Shown here piece after piece: positions 1 through 9,688 of a stretch of DNA of 64,000 bases (position 1 is its first letter; each line of letters starts with the position of its first letter). Under the pieces are notes generated by a model. The model searched no databases and was not told the origin of the DNA. It worked only from the letters and a program-made list of their open reading frames with translations. A program made the position numbers and the translations under genes. The DNA is from Armatimonadota bacterium (GTDB taxonomy: Bacteria; Armatimonadota; HRBIN16): assembly GCA_963677485.1 (NCBI GenBank), contig OY781964.1, positions 128,001 to 192,000 on the forward strand. The letters are read 5' to 3'.

Positions 1-1719
1 TGGTCTTCCGATCCGCCCCCCTGCCTCGCGTCTCCTCCTAACCTGATGGGCGATCAGATTAACTACGCTGACATCAAACTGGCGGTCAATTCTGATGGCA
101 CTGTATGCTCACTCAACACAGCGTGGATGAATAGGTTATGGGATAGCGGGACAAGTCAACTCATTTCAACCCAACTACTGCGGTGTATGCCCGACCAGCG
201 TCTCGATGTGGTGCGCGTGATCGCCCAAATCGACAAGCCTGAGATGGTCGATGGCGTGATTGAACTTCTGGAAGAAGTTGAAACAAATCACGACAACGCC
301 ATATCATTCATTGAAGCCGCACAATCAGTCGGTCCAATCGCCGGAACCGAGCGAATTTTAGGCAAATTATACGAATTTGCCAGCAGCACCGACGCCAAGC
401 TTTCGAAGTCGGCACTGACTGCGATGGTTGACCTTGATGCCGCGGCTTGGTGCGACTTTACCAGGCAAGCGTGGATCAGACTAGGCCTGAGTAATGATGC
501 AACCATCCGCCAATCAGCATTCGAGCTTTTGAAGTTCTTCAGCCCGGTGGCAGGAGCTGGCATCGTGAGCAGTCTGCTGGAGCAATCCAGCTTGATGGGC
601 ACCATTCCATTCCGAAATTACGCCATCGCTGCGCGTGAACTCGTTGATGGGTTCGGATACGAGCTGATGTGCCGCCAACTCATGCGGATCATGCGCGATG
701 AGACCCATGTGCAAACACTGATCGCCGTGATTAGCATCGCAGGAGCGTTGGGCCATCGAGCCGGTAATACTGAGTTATTGAAACAGCTCAGTACCATCGT
801 CAACACCCGCGAGACCATCCAACGCGGTGCTGCCATGAATGCGCTTCTGGAAATGGACCAACGTGAGCGCTTGGTTGACAACTTTGAACTCAACAAAGAC
901 CGCGAAGCGATACTCTACTGTATCGTCATAGCTAACGCCAACGATTGGGGTTTAGCTATCGAACCAGCAGCGCTTACATCCACTATGCAGGCACTGGATG
1001 CTGAAGTTCTATCGATCAAGCTGGCGAAAGTGATCGTCGACCGTAAGGCTGACGAGGCGATTCCGGTGCTCTCTACTGCCCTGCAATCGCAATCCGCAGT
1101 ACTACGGAAATTTGGGATCTGGGCAACAGGTCGCTTAGGAAATATGGTAGCCAAGCCAGAGCTCATGGCCAACCTTGAGCGCGTCATGGCTGTGCCTGAA
1201 ACCACAGGTTCCGCACTGTGGGCGCTTCTGCATCTGCAACTAGAGGAGCTACCTAGCAGCACAGCGAAAATTCTGGCCCGCGTCTACTTCCAGGGGACCG
1301 ATCATCTGCGAATGCATGTGCGCTTGATCCTGGCCAGTAACTGTGGGGCCGCAGTCCGGCATGAGTTAAGTCTTGCAGTCCACTCACTAATGACCGCACA
1401 GTTCAAGGCAGGTGCCTCACCTGTGCTGCTAGTAGCATATACACTCTATCAGCCGTTATTGGCTTCGGTAGATGGTAAGCAGTTCCTGGAAGTATGGCGC
1501 TGCGTTGCCGACGCACTCTTGCAGAAACGCCCTGTAGGCCAACTCATCTCTATCACATTACGCGCCGTAGTGGGATTGATGCAGTTGAGCAGCCCAGAGG
1601 TTTTACAAGCACATTCGCAAGAGATACGCGCCTTAATGGATGCGCTGCGCAGGGTCAACCAACCTCAACTGGTTGAACCGATGTTAAAAGTAGCCACCGC
1701 CAAAGGACTAAACATGTAG
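1..1719 (+). CDS. HEAT/ARM-repeat-like alpha-helical protein, probably 5'-truncated by the window edge
   Basis: Frame 1 is open from base 1 through the ATG at 46 to TAG 1719. Leu/Ala-rich helical segments resemble HEAT repeats (AIPVLSTALQSQSAVLRKFGIWATGRLG, IRQSAFELL). Confidence 0.55.
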   Translation, partial: WSSDPPPCLASPPNLMGDQINYADIKLAVNSDGTVCSLNTAWMNRLWDSGTSQLISTQLLRCMPDQRLDVVRVIAQIDKPEMVDGVIELLEEVETNHDNAISFIEAAQSVGPIAGTERILGKLYEFASSTDAKLSKSALTAMVDLDAAAWCDFTRQAWIRLGLSNDATIRQSAFELLKFFSPVAGAGIVSSLLEQSSLMGTIPFRNYAIAARELVDGFGYELMCRQLMRIMRDETHVQTLIAVISIAGALGHRAGNTELLKQLSTIVNTRETIQRGAAMNALLEMDQRERLVDNFELNKDREAILYCIVIANANDWGLAIEPAALTSTMQALDAEVLSIKLAKVIVDRKADEAIPVLSTALQSQSAVLRKFGIWATGRLGNMVAKPELMANLERVMAVPETTGSALWALLHLQLEELPSSTAKILARVYFQGTDHLRMHVRLILASNCGAAVRHELSLAVHSLMTAQFKAGASPVLLVAYTLYQPLLASVDGKQFLEVWRCVADALLQKRPVGQLISITLRAVVGLMQLSSPEVLQAHSQEIRALMDALRRVNQPQLVEPMLKVATAKGLNM

Positions 1720-1751
1720 CCGAGTTTCTTCAGCTACATACTGAGATACCA

Positions 1752-1787
1752 ACATCGGCGATGTGTTGAAAAACACATCGCCGATGT
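1752..1787. terminator. Perfect 16-bp hairpin with GAAA loop (terminator or stabilising stem-loop)
   Basis: acatcggcgatgtgtt-gaaa-aacacatcgccgatgt just after the stop at 1719; only a weak T-tract follows. Confidence 0.55.
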
Positions 1788-1856
1788 GCTTTCCGAGGAG
1801 CCAACCTGGCAAAACGTCTTCTGATCTCGATATTGACTTGATACGCAACGAGGAGT

Positions 1857-2843
1857 ATGGCGATGAATAGAACCAAATCGTACCCTATAGTATTGGCGGT
1901 CATCGCTGGATTGGCTGCCTGTAGCCTTATGTCCGCAGATCAAGTAACGGACAGACGGATGAAAGCACTGCAGGAGGTGCTGAGTAATGTAGGAAAAGCA
2001 CAAGCCAGCCAAAAACCACCGCAAAAGGCAGCCACAAAAAAAGCTACCTCTTCAAAGCCTGTGAAGAGTAAACCAGCCATAACCACCACCAAACAACCTC
2101 AACCCATAGCCATTACCCGGGTAAGTTGGACGCCTCGCGTCGCCTTCAGTCAAGGAGGATGTGTCGAAGAAACCGAATTTGGCGCTCGCAACCTTGTTGC
2201 CAGATATGATGCTAAATCGGTAAAGCTGACTAAGGTGCTCAAGACTGTTTGGACATACAATGACGGAAAAAACCCCATTAGTATGAGCGACTGTAAACCG
2301 CACCCTAACACAAACATCTATGATAATGGGATTTCTATCGCCAACGGCCTGCTCCAACCCGGAAAATACCAGGTCAGGTATATGGATGGCAGCAAGCAGT
2401 TAGCTGTGGGAAGCATAAGAATTCGAACCCCCGACCCACTCGGTAACCGCAACCTGGACACCATTTCAAAGGATGTGCTCATTTCGATTCAGAGAGCTTT
2501 GGATGAGGTTGCGGCCTCGCGAGCCTCAAACGCTGCAGACTATTGCAAATATGCCCTACCCCTAATCGGCACAGCGATGCAAGCTAATCCCGACTCAAAA
2601 GACATGCAGGCGATGTATGAAATGGCGCAGGCGATCATTGCCGTGCATAACCTTGAAATGGCGGCTGAAGCTAAGTCCGGACCTGCGGCCGTCGACTGGT
2701 GCTTCAGAGCGCAAGGCCATGCGCAAATGGCCTCTACCATTGCCCAAAACCCGAAGCTCAAAGCCGCCGCTAAAGAATACGCGACCATGCTGCAGCAGAC
2801 GCTTGACCAAATGTCGACACCTGCTAGCAAGAAGGGAAAGTAA
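1857..2843 (+). CDS. Secreted hypothetical protein (signal peptide, Lys/Pro-rich linker, helical C-terminus)
   Basis: 328-aa ORF with GAGGAG upstream, hydrophobic N-terminus and KKATSSKPVKSKP linker. Confidence 0.7.
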   Translation: MAMNRTKSYPIVLAVIAGLAACSLMSADQVTDRRMKALQEVLSNVGKAQASQKPPQKAATKKATSSKPVKSKPAITTTKQPQPIAITRVSWTPRVAFSQGGCVEETEFGARNLVARYDAKSVKLTKVLKTVWTYNDGKNPISMSDCKPHPNTNIYDNGISIANGLLQPGKYQVRYMDGSKQLAVGSIRIRTPDPLGNRNLDTISKDVLISIQRALDEVAASRASNAADYCKYALPLIGTAMQANPDSKDMQAMYEMAQAIIAVHNLEMAAEAKSGPAAVDWCFRAQGHAQMASTIAQNPKLKAAAKEYATMLQQTLDQMSTPASKKGK

Positions 2844-2848
2844 GGAAT

Positions 2849-3787
2849 ATGAAAACACCATGCAAAATGCTGCTCGCTATGGCAGTCCTTATCATCCCAG
2901 CGGTTCACTCCAATGCGGTCGTGATACCCACTACAATGACCCGAGGATATACTGCCGAATACGACACATCATCAAAGGCGCTTCGCTGCATCTCGGCGAA
3001 CGGTTCAAATAGCTGGGCGGCCTCTGTGGCATCGCCTGTGCCCAGTGTGGGTGACTGGTCGGGTATCGGAACCGCTGCTGGTCCGGTTTTTGTTTACACA
3101 GCCGGTAATTCGGTTTACTACACGCTGCTGCGCCACAACACCGGTAAGGCGATTACAGACGTGGGTAACAAGTCGCTGACGGGCGTTCTTGCCCCTGGAA
3201 AACTCATATCTGCGACCTGGCGAGAAGCCAGCTACGGCGCTGAGGTATCTGTAGTGTCCTTAGATGGCAACAAAGAATACACCACCATATTCGACATCAA
3301 CATGCGGGGCACCAGCACCAAGAAGGGCCAGACCTCACGCAGTCTGCCCATCCAGCGAATTACGATTCCTGGCACGTCCGTCTCGTTCGAGCTCCCACCT
3401 GGGTTTACCAACGCATGGGATGCCAGCAATCAATCGATGGGCATAAAATCACAAAACAAGCTGCCTGTGGGCATACTCATCAATGTGGCTGAACAAGATG
3501 ACAATATCACGCTGTTTGCGGACCTGTTCATGAAGGACATCGGCCCTGCCATGGGTGCACAGAATATGCAGCAGATCGCCTCGCAGCCTGTATCTATCGG
3601 CGGTTCTATGCAGGGTCTGCTGAGGATGACTTCATGTGTGTGGAACGGCCGCAACGCCAACTTCTCTTTCGTATTTATCAAAACAAAAAGCAACCTGCTT
3701 GTGGTTGTCTACGGCACGCCAACCGAAAACTACGACACCTACGCCAACCTGTTCTATCGCATGCTTTCGAGTATGCAAGTTAAGTAA
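2849..3787 (+). CDS. Secreted hypothetical protein with PsbP/DcrB-like C-terminal domain
   Basis: 312 aa, signal peptide ending SNA, starts 5 nt after the previous stop. C-terminal pattern SFELPPGF...VVVYGTPTENYDTYANLFYRMLSSM. Confidence 0.6.
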   Translation: MKTPCKMLLAMAVLIIPAVHSNAVVIPTTMTRGYTAEYDTSSKALRCISANGSNSWAASVASPVPSVGDWSGIGTAAGPVFVYTAGNSVYYTLLRHNTGKAITDVGNKSLTGVLAPGKLISATWREASYGAEVSVVSLDGNKEYTTIFDINMRGTSTKKGQTSRSLPIQRITIPGTSVSFELPPGFTNAWDASNQSMGIKSQNKLPVGILINVAEQDDNITLFADLFMKDIGPAMGAQNMQQIASQPVSIGGSMQGLLRMTSCVWNGRNANFSFVFIKTKSNLLVVVYGTPTENYDTYANLFYRMLSSMQVK

Positions 3788-3801
3788 GCATATCGCCCCC
3801 C

Positions 3802-3842
3802 CTACCCCGTCATATCGAACGACCAGCGGTATGACGGGGTAG
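3802..3842. terminator. Hairpin after the 1857-3787 gene pair
   Basis: ctaccccgtcatatcg...cggtatgacggggtag inverted repeat. Confidence 0.55.
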
Positions 3843-3983
3843 CACTTTACGGGCCATGCCATACTTCCCACCTTCTACCAAAATGCGTTGATCTGTCTGT
3901 TGTTGAAGGATTACGACCTCGATGCGCGTAACATTACCCAGTAATCATACGGTAAGACCATACTTCAGACAGCAGGTAACCCA

Positions 3984-6620
3984 ATGAAACTACATGAATA
4001 CCCAGTCCCTGCCAGCTTTGTATTAGGGGATGCCCCCTTCATCAACACCTGGTTGATCACCGACCCGGTACCGAACTCATCGCCAGCGACGATGGACGCC
4101 AACACGGTTGATGCCGCCTCATGTAGCCCTGCCCCCGGACGCTCATTTGGAAATCATCAATGGTATGTTTTCGATGATCGTATATTCAACCGGAATTACG
4201 ACGATTATGTCGACTTGTTCAGCTATTTCCGCGCAAAACGGCATCTGCCCGTAGCCGGTGCTGCGGTGTACGCGGCTGTCTGGTTGTGGTCGCCAGCATC
4301 ATGCGCCGCACAGCTTCGCATCGGTGCTGACAGCATGTTTCGCGCCTGGTTCAACGGGCTGCCTGTGGGTTCAGCCGACAAAGGAAACACCACCGGAGAC
4401 CCTAATCCGCCGGCACCAACAGCCTGGCCGAATAGCTACCACTGCATCCGCAGCGACGACGCAGGCAAGGACATGAGCCAACTGGCCATTCTTCTCAAAC
4501 GAGGCTGGAACCTGCTGGTGCTGAAGGTTGGCAACAAAGAGGAAGGTCTGTTTGGGTTCTACGCCCGCGTCTGCCAACCAGACGGTAAAGCTATACACGG
4601 GCTCATCCCAAGCATGGCAGGGCCAGATCAGCAGCTTCAGGCCGCCCCCGCAGAAATGCGCGGATGCACTCCCACGCTGCCTGTGGCCTTCACAGAGTGG
4701 CCGTATGTGCATACCAATCACCCGCTTGTCGCAGAGGCACAAACTATCTGGCCGGAAGGTCGGCAGCTTTGGAGTTATGTCGCCCAATCCAGCGCATACC
4801 GTCTGAGTGCCGCTGGAGGATCGCCACCTTACAAATGGAAGCTGGTCGGCGGAAAACTGCCTAAGGGCTTGAGCCTCACCGATGACGGCATCCTGCACGG
4901 GCTTGTCAGTGGCGAGCAGCCCACGGGCATATGGCCGCTGGCCTTCAGCCTGTCAGACAGCACAGGACGAAAAGTCACCATGCGCACCAGCATCACCGTC
5001 AAGGAACGGCCCAACCGCTGGTATGAAACCGCCCGTATGAACGCGTTGATACATGGTCCTGATCACTTCGAGCCCAACGATTGGCCCAAACTGGCAAAGC
5101 TCATGAAAGACCAGGGTTACGCCATCGGCATCCCCATCGGATACGGCAACGGAGACTGGTATTTCCGGTTCCGCAACCGCTTCGATCCAAACGCGAAGGC
5201 CGCAGGTGTGCATGACATCGTGAAGAAGGCGCTTGAATCGGCAGGACTGAAGTATGGCATGTACATCGGGAACCTGACCGATTCGCCGCAATTTCGCTAC
5301 GAGCAGGTGATCCTGATGCTGGAGGACGTCTGCAAGCAGTATCAGCCCGCCGCGTTCTGGATGGACTGGCTGGCCATCGACCACTCCTCGCTGGATGCCA
5401 TCTACAGCATGATCCGCACACTACTGCCGGATGCCGTCATCGTCATCAACGGTGTGGAGCGGCCGACTCACGGTGATTGGGACATCTGCTGCGTCGAGGA
5501 ATACTCCTTTGTGCCCGAAAAGCATTGGGGACGCTGGCCTAACGACATCCACACCAGCACCATGCAGATACTAAAGACCTGGCCCAAGAAGCACATGCTG
5601 GAAAACTGGCGTCCCATGCTCTGGCCATACAAGGACAATACAGAGGACACTCCAGACTGGCAGGAATACCAGCGTGTGCTGATTTCGCTGATCGGCGAAG
5701 GGAACATCGCCAACTTTGACCACAGCCCGGCGACGGGTGCCATAGTCAACGACATGGATTTTGCACACTCACACCTGATGACCGCGCATACGCATATGGC
5801 CAACTGGGCCAACAAGGAGCGAACGGAACCTCTCTACCACGCTTATACCAACATCGACAATGCTCCTCTGCCGGATCAGCCATGGGGTTACACCACCATG
5901 AGTCTGGATGGACGCAGCCTGTACCTGCTCTCAGTCAAGAACCCCAGAGGGAAAACTGGCCTTCCGCAACCACAGCTCACACTGACGGGCTTAACCCAGC
6001 GTGTGGATGCTGCCGTATGCATGAACAATAACCATAAGCTGACTTTTAAACAAAACGGCCACACACTGAACATCGACACCAGTGCTCTGCAAGCCGACCC
6101 CGTGAGCACCATCATCAAACTCAACATGCATGAGCCGCTCAAAAGACCGCACTACAAGCCGGTTCCTCCCGAGTTCATTGACAGGATCCCCTCGCCCGGC
6201 AACCTGGCCACGGGAAAGACGGTGCAAATGTTCACGCTGGATGGAACTAAAACCATGGGTGCCAGTATGGAGACATGCTGGGCTTGTTGTGCCACTGATG
6301 GACTGGCTGAGACCTTCGCCGAAGCTTCAGGTGACTACCCCTGGACTCTGGAGCTGGATATGAACCAGTTAGAGACCATCTCCAGGATCAAGTTCCTATT
6401 TGGCGATCTATATGCCACCAGCTTCACAGTGAGCATCAGCGAGGACCGTGTCCACTGGAAGCAAATCGCCAATGATTCCGGCTCATCGCGCGCCTGGGAA
6501 GAGTACCGCTTCGCACCAGCCAAAGCGCGCTACGTGTGGATATCGGCCTTCAAACCTGATGGCCCTGACCAGGAAGGCGGGCAAATGACCATCGCCGACC
6601 TTCAAGTATACGCCAAATAG
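3984..6620 (+). CDS. Multidomain GH29 (alpha-L-fucosidase)-like protein: beta-sandwich + putative Ig (He_PIG) + TIM barrel + F5/8 type C (CBM32-like) domain
   Basis: Ig motif AAGGSPPYKWKLVGGKLPKGLSL; GH29-like KYGMY...FWMDW...IRTLLPDAVIVING; discoidin-like NLATGK...ATDG...LELDM...ARYVWI. No signal peptide. Confidence 0.6.
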   Translation: MKLHEYPVPASFVLGDAPFINTWLITDPVPNSSPATMDANTVDAASCSPAPGRSFGNHQWYVFDDRIFNRNYDDYVDLFSYFRAKRHLPVAGAAVYAAVWLWSPASCAAQLRIGADSMFRAWFNGLPVGSADKGNTTGDPNPPAPTAWPNSYHCIRSDDAGKDMSQLAILLKRGWNLLVLKVGNKEEGLFGFYARVCQPDGKAIHGLIPSMAGPDQQLQAAPAEMRGCTPTLPVAFTEWPYVHTNHPLVAEAQTIWPEGRQLWSYVAQSSAYRLSAAGGSPPYKWKLVGGKLPKGLSLTDDGILHGLVSGEQPTGIWPLAFSLSDSTGRKVTMRTSITVKERPNRWYETARMNALIHGPDHFEPNDWPKLAKLMKDQGYAIGIPIGYGNGDWYFRFRNRFDPNAKAAGVHDIVKKALESAGLKYGMYIGNLTDSPQFRYEQVILMLEDVCKQYQPAAFWMDWLAIDHSSLDAIYSMIRTLLPDAVIVINGVERPTHGDWDICCVEEYSFVPEKHWGRWPNDIHTSTMQILKTWPKKHMLENWRPMLWPYKDNTEDTPDWQEYQRVLISLIGEGNIANFDHSPATGAIVNDMDFAHSHLMTAHTHMANWANKERTEPLYHAYTNIDNAPLPDQPWGYTTMSLDGRSLYLLSVKNPRGKTGLPQPQLTLTGLTQRVDAAVCMNNNHKLTFKQNGHTLNIDTSALQADPVSTIIKLNMHEPLKRPHYKPVPPEFIDRIPSPGNLATGKTVQMFTLDGTKTMGASMETCWACCATDGLAETFAEASGDYPWTLELDMNQLETISRIKFLFGDLYATSFTVSISEDRVHWKQIANDSGSSRAWEEYRFAPAKARYVWISAFKPDGPDQEGGQMTIADLQVYAK

Positions 6621-6658
6621 ATACCAATTCATCATCATATCAACCAAGGAACACGAAT

Positions 6659-9322
6659 ATGCAGAAACCGACAAAACTGTCCGAGTATCCGGTGCCGTCA
6701 AGTTTCGTACTAGGCAATGCGCCGTTCATCAATACCTGGCTCATTACCGACCCTATTAGTAACTCATCACCGGCCACGATGGACCAGCACCCGGAAGCCA
6801 TCCAAGCCTGCCAACCGGCACCCAAACGGGCATTTGGCTCCTCGAAGTGGTATGTGTTCGACGACCGTGTGTTCAGCCGCAACTACGACGACTACGTGGA
6901 TCTGTTCAGCTATTTCCGGGCGAAGCGCAACCTTCCGGTGGCGGGAGCGGCGATCTACGCGGCGGTCTGGCTATGGTCGCCGTCGGCCACAGCGGCTCAG
7001 GTGCGCATTGGTGCTGATAACATGTTCCGCGCCTGGTGGAATGGGCTGCCCATCGGCTCAGCCGACCATGCCAACACCACCGGCGATCCGAACCCACCAG
7101 CACCTGGTGGATGGCCTAACAGTTATTACTGCGTGAAGTCTGACAACGCCGGTAAGGACATGAGCCAGCTCGCTGTTCAGATGAAGCAGGGCTGGAACCT
7201 GCTGATGCTGAAAGTCGGCAACAAAGAAGAGGGCTTGTTTGGGTTCTATGCCCGTATCTGCCAACCCGACGGCAATGCGATACCGGGTCTGGTGCCCAGC
7301 CTGGCCGGCCCTGATCAGCCGCTACAGACTGCACTGGCCGACATGCCGGGTGTCGCCCCTGATTTACCTGTGGCTTTCACCGAGTGGCCATATGTTCACA
7401 CCAACCATCCACTGATAGCCGAAGCTCTGTCCATCTGGCCAGAAGGGCACCAGATGTGGGCCCACGCGGCGCAATCCAGCGAGTTCAGGCTCTCCGCGGC
7501 TGGCGGTCTGCCCCCGTATCACTGGAAGCTCACCGCGGGACGGCTGCCGAAGGGCATGAAGCTGAATGATGACGGCATCATCACTGGCCCGGTGGACATG
7601 AAGCAACCGCTGGGCACCTTCCCGCTGGCGTTCCGAGTAACCGACAGCACCGGCAAGACGGCCACCGCACGCACCATGATCACGGTGAAAGAACGCCCGA
7701 ACCGCAGGTATGAAACGGCCCGACTGAACGCACTCATCCACGCGCCGGATAAATACAACCCACCGGACTGGCCGAAACTCGCCCGGATCATGAAAGACCA
7801 GGGCTACACCTATGGGATGCCCATCGGATATGGCAACGGCGACTGGTATTTCCGATTCCGCAACCGGTTTGACCCGAATGCCCCCACCGCGGGCGCTCAT
7901 GACCTAGTCAAGAAGGCCCTTGAGGCTGAGGGGCTGAAGTATGGCATCTACCTGGGCAACATGCATGATTCGCCTCAGTTCAAATATGAGCAGGTCATTC
8001 TGATGATCGAGGATGCCTGTAAGCAGTATAAACCAGCCGCCTTCTGGCTGGACTGGCTTGCCATAGACCAGTCGTCCCTTGACGCCATCTACAGCATGGT
8101 GCGCACTATGCTGCCTGACACATTAATGATCGTCAATGGCGTGGAACGCCCTACTCATGGCGACTGGGATATCTGCTGCGTCGAAGAGTTCTCATTCGTC
8201 CCAGACCAGCGGTGGGGCCGATGGCCCAACGATGTGAAAGCCAGTGCCATGGAGATACTCAAATCCTGGCCAAAAATGCACATGATGGAGAGCTGGCGTC
8301 CGATGCTCTGGCCTTGGAAGGGTGATGTTGAGACGGTACCAGAGTGGCAGGACTACCAGCGTGTGGCTATCTCACTCATCGGCGAGGGGAATATCGCCGA
8401 TATGGACCACAGTCCCGGCACAGGTGCTTTCCCAGGCGTGACAGGCGGCGGTGGTGTCACCTTCGACAGCTCCAAACTGATGACGGCACATAACCACATG
8501 GCGGATTGGGCAAGCAAGGATCGGACCGAACCGCTCTACCACGCTTATACCAACATCGTGAACACAACCCTGCCCGACCAGCCTTGGGGATACACCACTC
8601 AGAGCCTGGATGGCCGGTATCTATACCTGCTTACACTTAAGAACCCCAGAGGTAAGACGGGCCTTCCTAAGGCTGGCTTGGAGCTCCATGGGTTGAAAAA
8701 CAAAATCCGCGCAGCCGTCTGCATGAATGATGACCAACAACTCAGTTTCAAGCAATCCAACAGCGGTCTGAAGATCGATACATCCGCGATCACAGAAGAC
8801 CCCATCTGCACCATCATCAAGTTGACCATGGTCACCTCCCTGCCCTTGCCTGAGCGCAAGATGCAAGAGCCTGTATTCCATGACCGCATACCCTCCGAAG
8901 GCAATCTAGCGAAAGCCAAACCAGCCCGATTGCTGAGTGTGGATGGAACCCGCGACCTGACCCCCAACATGGAGGTCTGCTACGCCAGCCTGGCGGTCGA
9001 TGGTCTTTCTGGCACCGCAGCGGTCGGATCCGGCGACTGGGCCTGGGCTCTGGAAGTGGACCTGTTGAAACCAGAAACGGTCGGCCATGTCAAGGTTCTG
9101 TTCGCAGCAGGATGGGCTACCAGCTACAAAATCGGCCTGAGCGAAGACCGCGTTCAGTGGAAGACTGTCGCCACGGGGGCCGGAGCCAAGAACGCCTGGC
9201 GCGAGCACCGCTTTGCCGCTATCAAGGCCAGGTACGTGCGCATCACCGCCATCAAACCCGATGGCGAGAACCAGGAAGGCACGCAGATGGGCATCGTCGA
9301 TCTGCAGGTCTATCCGAAGTAA
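6659..9322 (+). CDS. Tandem paralog of 3984-6620 (GH29-like / He_PIG / F5/8 type C)
   Basis: Collinear with the upstream gene along its whole length (shared blocks NYDDYVDLFSYFRAKR, GYGNGDWYFRFRNRFDPNA, NGVERPTHGDWDICCVEE). Confidence 0.6.
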   Translation: MQKPTKLSEYPVPSSFVLGNAPFINTWLITDPISNSSPATMDQHPEAIQACQPAPKRAFGSSKWYVFDDRVFSRNYDDYVDLFSYFRAKRNLPVAGAAIYAAVWLWSPSATAAQVRIGADNMFRAWWNGLPIGSADHANTTGDPNPPAPGGWPNSYYCVKSDNAGKDMSQLAVQMKQGWNLLMLKVGNKEEGLFGFYARICQPDGNAIPGLVPSLAGPDQPLQTALADMPGVAPDLPVAFTEWPYVHTNHPLIAEALSIWPEGHQMWAHAAQSSEFRLSAAGGLPPYHWKLTAGRLPKGMKLNDDGIITGPVDMKQPLGTFPLAFRVTDSTGKTATARTMITVKERPNRRYETARLNALIHAPDKYNPPDWPKLARIMKDQGYTYGMPIGYGNGDWYFRFRNRFDPNAPTAGAHDLVKKALEAEGLKYGIYLGNMHDSPQFKYEQVILMIEDACKQYKPAAFWLDWLAIDQSSLDAIYSMVRTMLPDTLMIVNGVERPTHGDWDICCVEEFSFVPDQRWGRWPNDVKASAMEILKSWPKMHMMESWRPMLWPWKGDVETVPEWQDYQRVAISLIGEGNIADMDHSPGTGAFPGVTGGGGVTFDSSKLMTAHNHMADWASKDRTEPLYHAYTNIVNTTLPDQPWGYTTQSLDGRYLYLLTLKNPRGKTGLPKAGLELHGLKNKIRAAVCMNDDQQLSFKQSNSGLKIDTSAITEDPICTIIKLTMVTSLPLPERKMQEPVFHDRIPSEGNLAKAKPARLLSVDGTRDLTPNMEVCYASLAVDGLSGTAAVGSGDWAWALEVDLLKPETVGHVKVLFAAGWATSYKIGLSEDRVQWKTVATGAGAKNAWREHRFAAIKARYVRITAIKPDGENQEGTQMGIVDLQVYPK

Positions 9323-9330
9323 TCGCTTGA

Positions 9331-9360
9331 GTGTTGGCCGTCGCGTGCGACGGCCAACAC
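9331..9360. terminator. Perfect 14-bp inverted repeat after the GH29-like pair
   Basis: gtgttggccgtcgc-gt-gcgacggccaacac, starting 9 nt after the stop. Confidence 0.6.
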
Positions 9361-9466
9361 ACCAGACCGCGCAGGTGATAGTCTGAACCACGGATTACAC
9401 GGATTGGAACAGATGGATCCGGATCGGGGGGAAACCACACCGGTAAAATGAAAACATGTATGCTTC

Positions 9467-9574
9467 CGCTGCCGCGACATCATTGTCTCGGCTATTGATC
9501 ATCAAGTCCGTTGAAACGGACTGCGGCACTTCGTGCCGTTTGGGGTAAGGTGCCCCAGGCTGCTTCAGCAGTCT
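9467..9574. repeat. Left part of a palindromic REP/REPIN-like element split by the IS110
   Basis: 9467-9498 is an inverted repeat of 11396-11427 (30/32). Internal hairpins agtccgtt-ga-aacggact and ggctgc-ttca-gcagtc. Confidence 0.75.
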
Positions 9575-9688
9575 TGTAAGTAACCTTTATACGGCGATCA
9601 TACCACCTATTGGGTATAGAATGCCTGTCGGAGCTGCCTATGCACTTCTCCGATAAAATTGTGCTTGAAAGCATCGAAAATCAAATGG

